This document shows positions 8,436 to 9,009 of a stretch of DNA of 9,009 bases, piece after piece (position 1 is the stretch's first letter; every line of letters starts with the position of its first letter). The position numbers were made by a program, and so were the translations under genes. This DNA comes from Paraspadella gotoi. Lineage: Eukaryota; Animalia; Chaetognatha. The notes beneath the pieces were generated by a model. The model was not told where the DNA came from. It saw only the letters and a program-made list of their open reading frames with translations, and ran no database searches. The DNA lies in NCBI GenBank assembly GCA_051294375.1, contig CM119264.1, positions 27,767,379 through 27,776,387 of the forward strand, read 5' to 3'.

Positions 8436-9009
8436 GTTTTATCGGCCGCTTCGCACAATTTCGTCTCGTCCTCACAGACAATTTTCTTTTCTTTTTTGTT
8501 TGCTTTTTCTTTTTATTTTATTTCTTTTATATTTCTTTTTCTTTTTTAGTTTTTTGTTAGTTTTTTAACTCGTTAATGATAAAATCGTGACAATGATTTA
8601 AAACAAGTTGCTTTCACCCATTCGTGCCGTCCGGATTATTGTAATTCTTAGTTAACTACAAACATATATATAGTTTTCGAGACGATCCTCACCCTCTTTT
8701 TTTTTGATATCCTGACTTTACCGAAACTTTCAAGTTAGGTCGACCTTGAGCTGAATATTAACTGTTTAACAACATTGATTTAAAACATCTCTCATATAAT
8801 CATGATGATCATTAAAATCCTGACGATTTCTTTTTAGTTTTTTGGGGAGCTTGGTATTTGTAATCAAATGAAAATACCGCCTTAACCTCTAGCCTTACAA
8901 GCAGCAACCCAAGCAATCACATCAGTTTCTTCATTTTAAAAAGTAAAAAAAAAATCAAGCCTCACCCAACTTACCCTAATTTTTCCTCCTCCTCCTCCTC
9001 CTCCTCCTC
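8436..9009 (+). repeat. Direct duplication, copy 2 (starts at the gap edge and runs off the window)
   Basis: Same blocks in the same order as 6474-7146; about 100 bp shorter through many scattered small indels. Confidence 0.93.

Larger units (their letters stand above)
6039..9009 (-). other. Probable 3' part of a long MAT intron upstream of exon A
   Basis: The acceptor lies at 6039, and I found no upstream MAT exon (expected ...LRPDxKTQ) by eye in 6039-9009. The region includes a gap and apparently low-quality sequence. Confidence 0.7.

Noticed and set aside
6157-8568. Multiple S/L/F-rich and R/E-rich ORFs
   Set aside because: They derive from CT/GA and T-rich low complexity, which lacks stop codons; some span the N gap.

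Overview
Eukaryotic, microsatellite-rich genomic DNA. It is probably an invertebrate, possibly an arthropod such as a decapod crustacean; this is inferred from the SSR density and the [13 protein letters not shown] wording of the protein. The window holds the last four coding exons of an intron-containing S-adenosylmethionine synthetase (methionine adenosyltransferase, MAT) gene on the minus strand: 6038-5891, 5372-5145, 2561-2446 and 2031-1885. All junctions are GT-AG and phase-compatible. The 639 nt splice into 212 aa plus TAG: [212 protein letters not shown]. Two of these exons are missed by the ORF track, and the N-terminal half of the gene was not found in the window. The rest is intronic or 3' flanking DNA with (GA)n, (TCG)n/(GAC)n and (TGAA)n tracts, minisatellites, a 25-N gap and a ~0.6 kb duplication beside the gap that is probably an assembly artefact. 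I see no prokaryotic system, CRISPR array or mobile element. The best leads concern MAT splicing: complementary (GUC)n/(GAC)n tracts near both ends of the long intron, three tandem in-frame 5' splice sites made by a 12-bp repeat, and atypical 3' splice sites. All of these are hypotheses.
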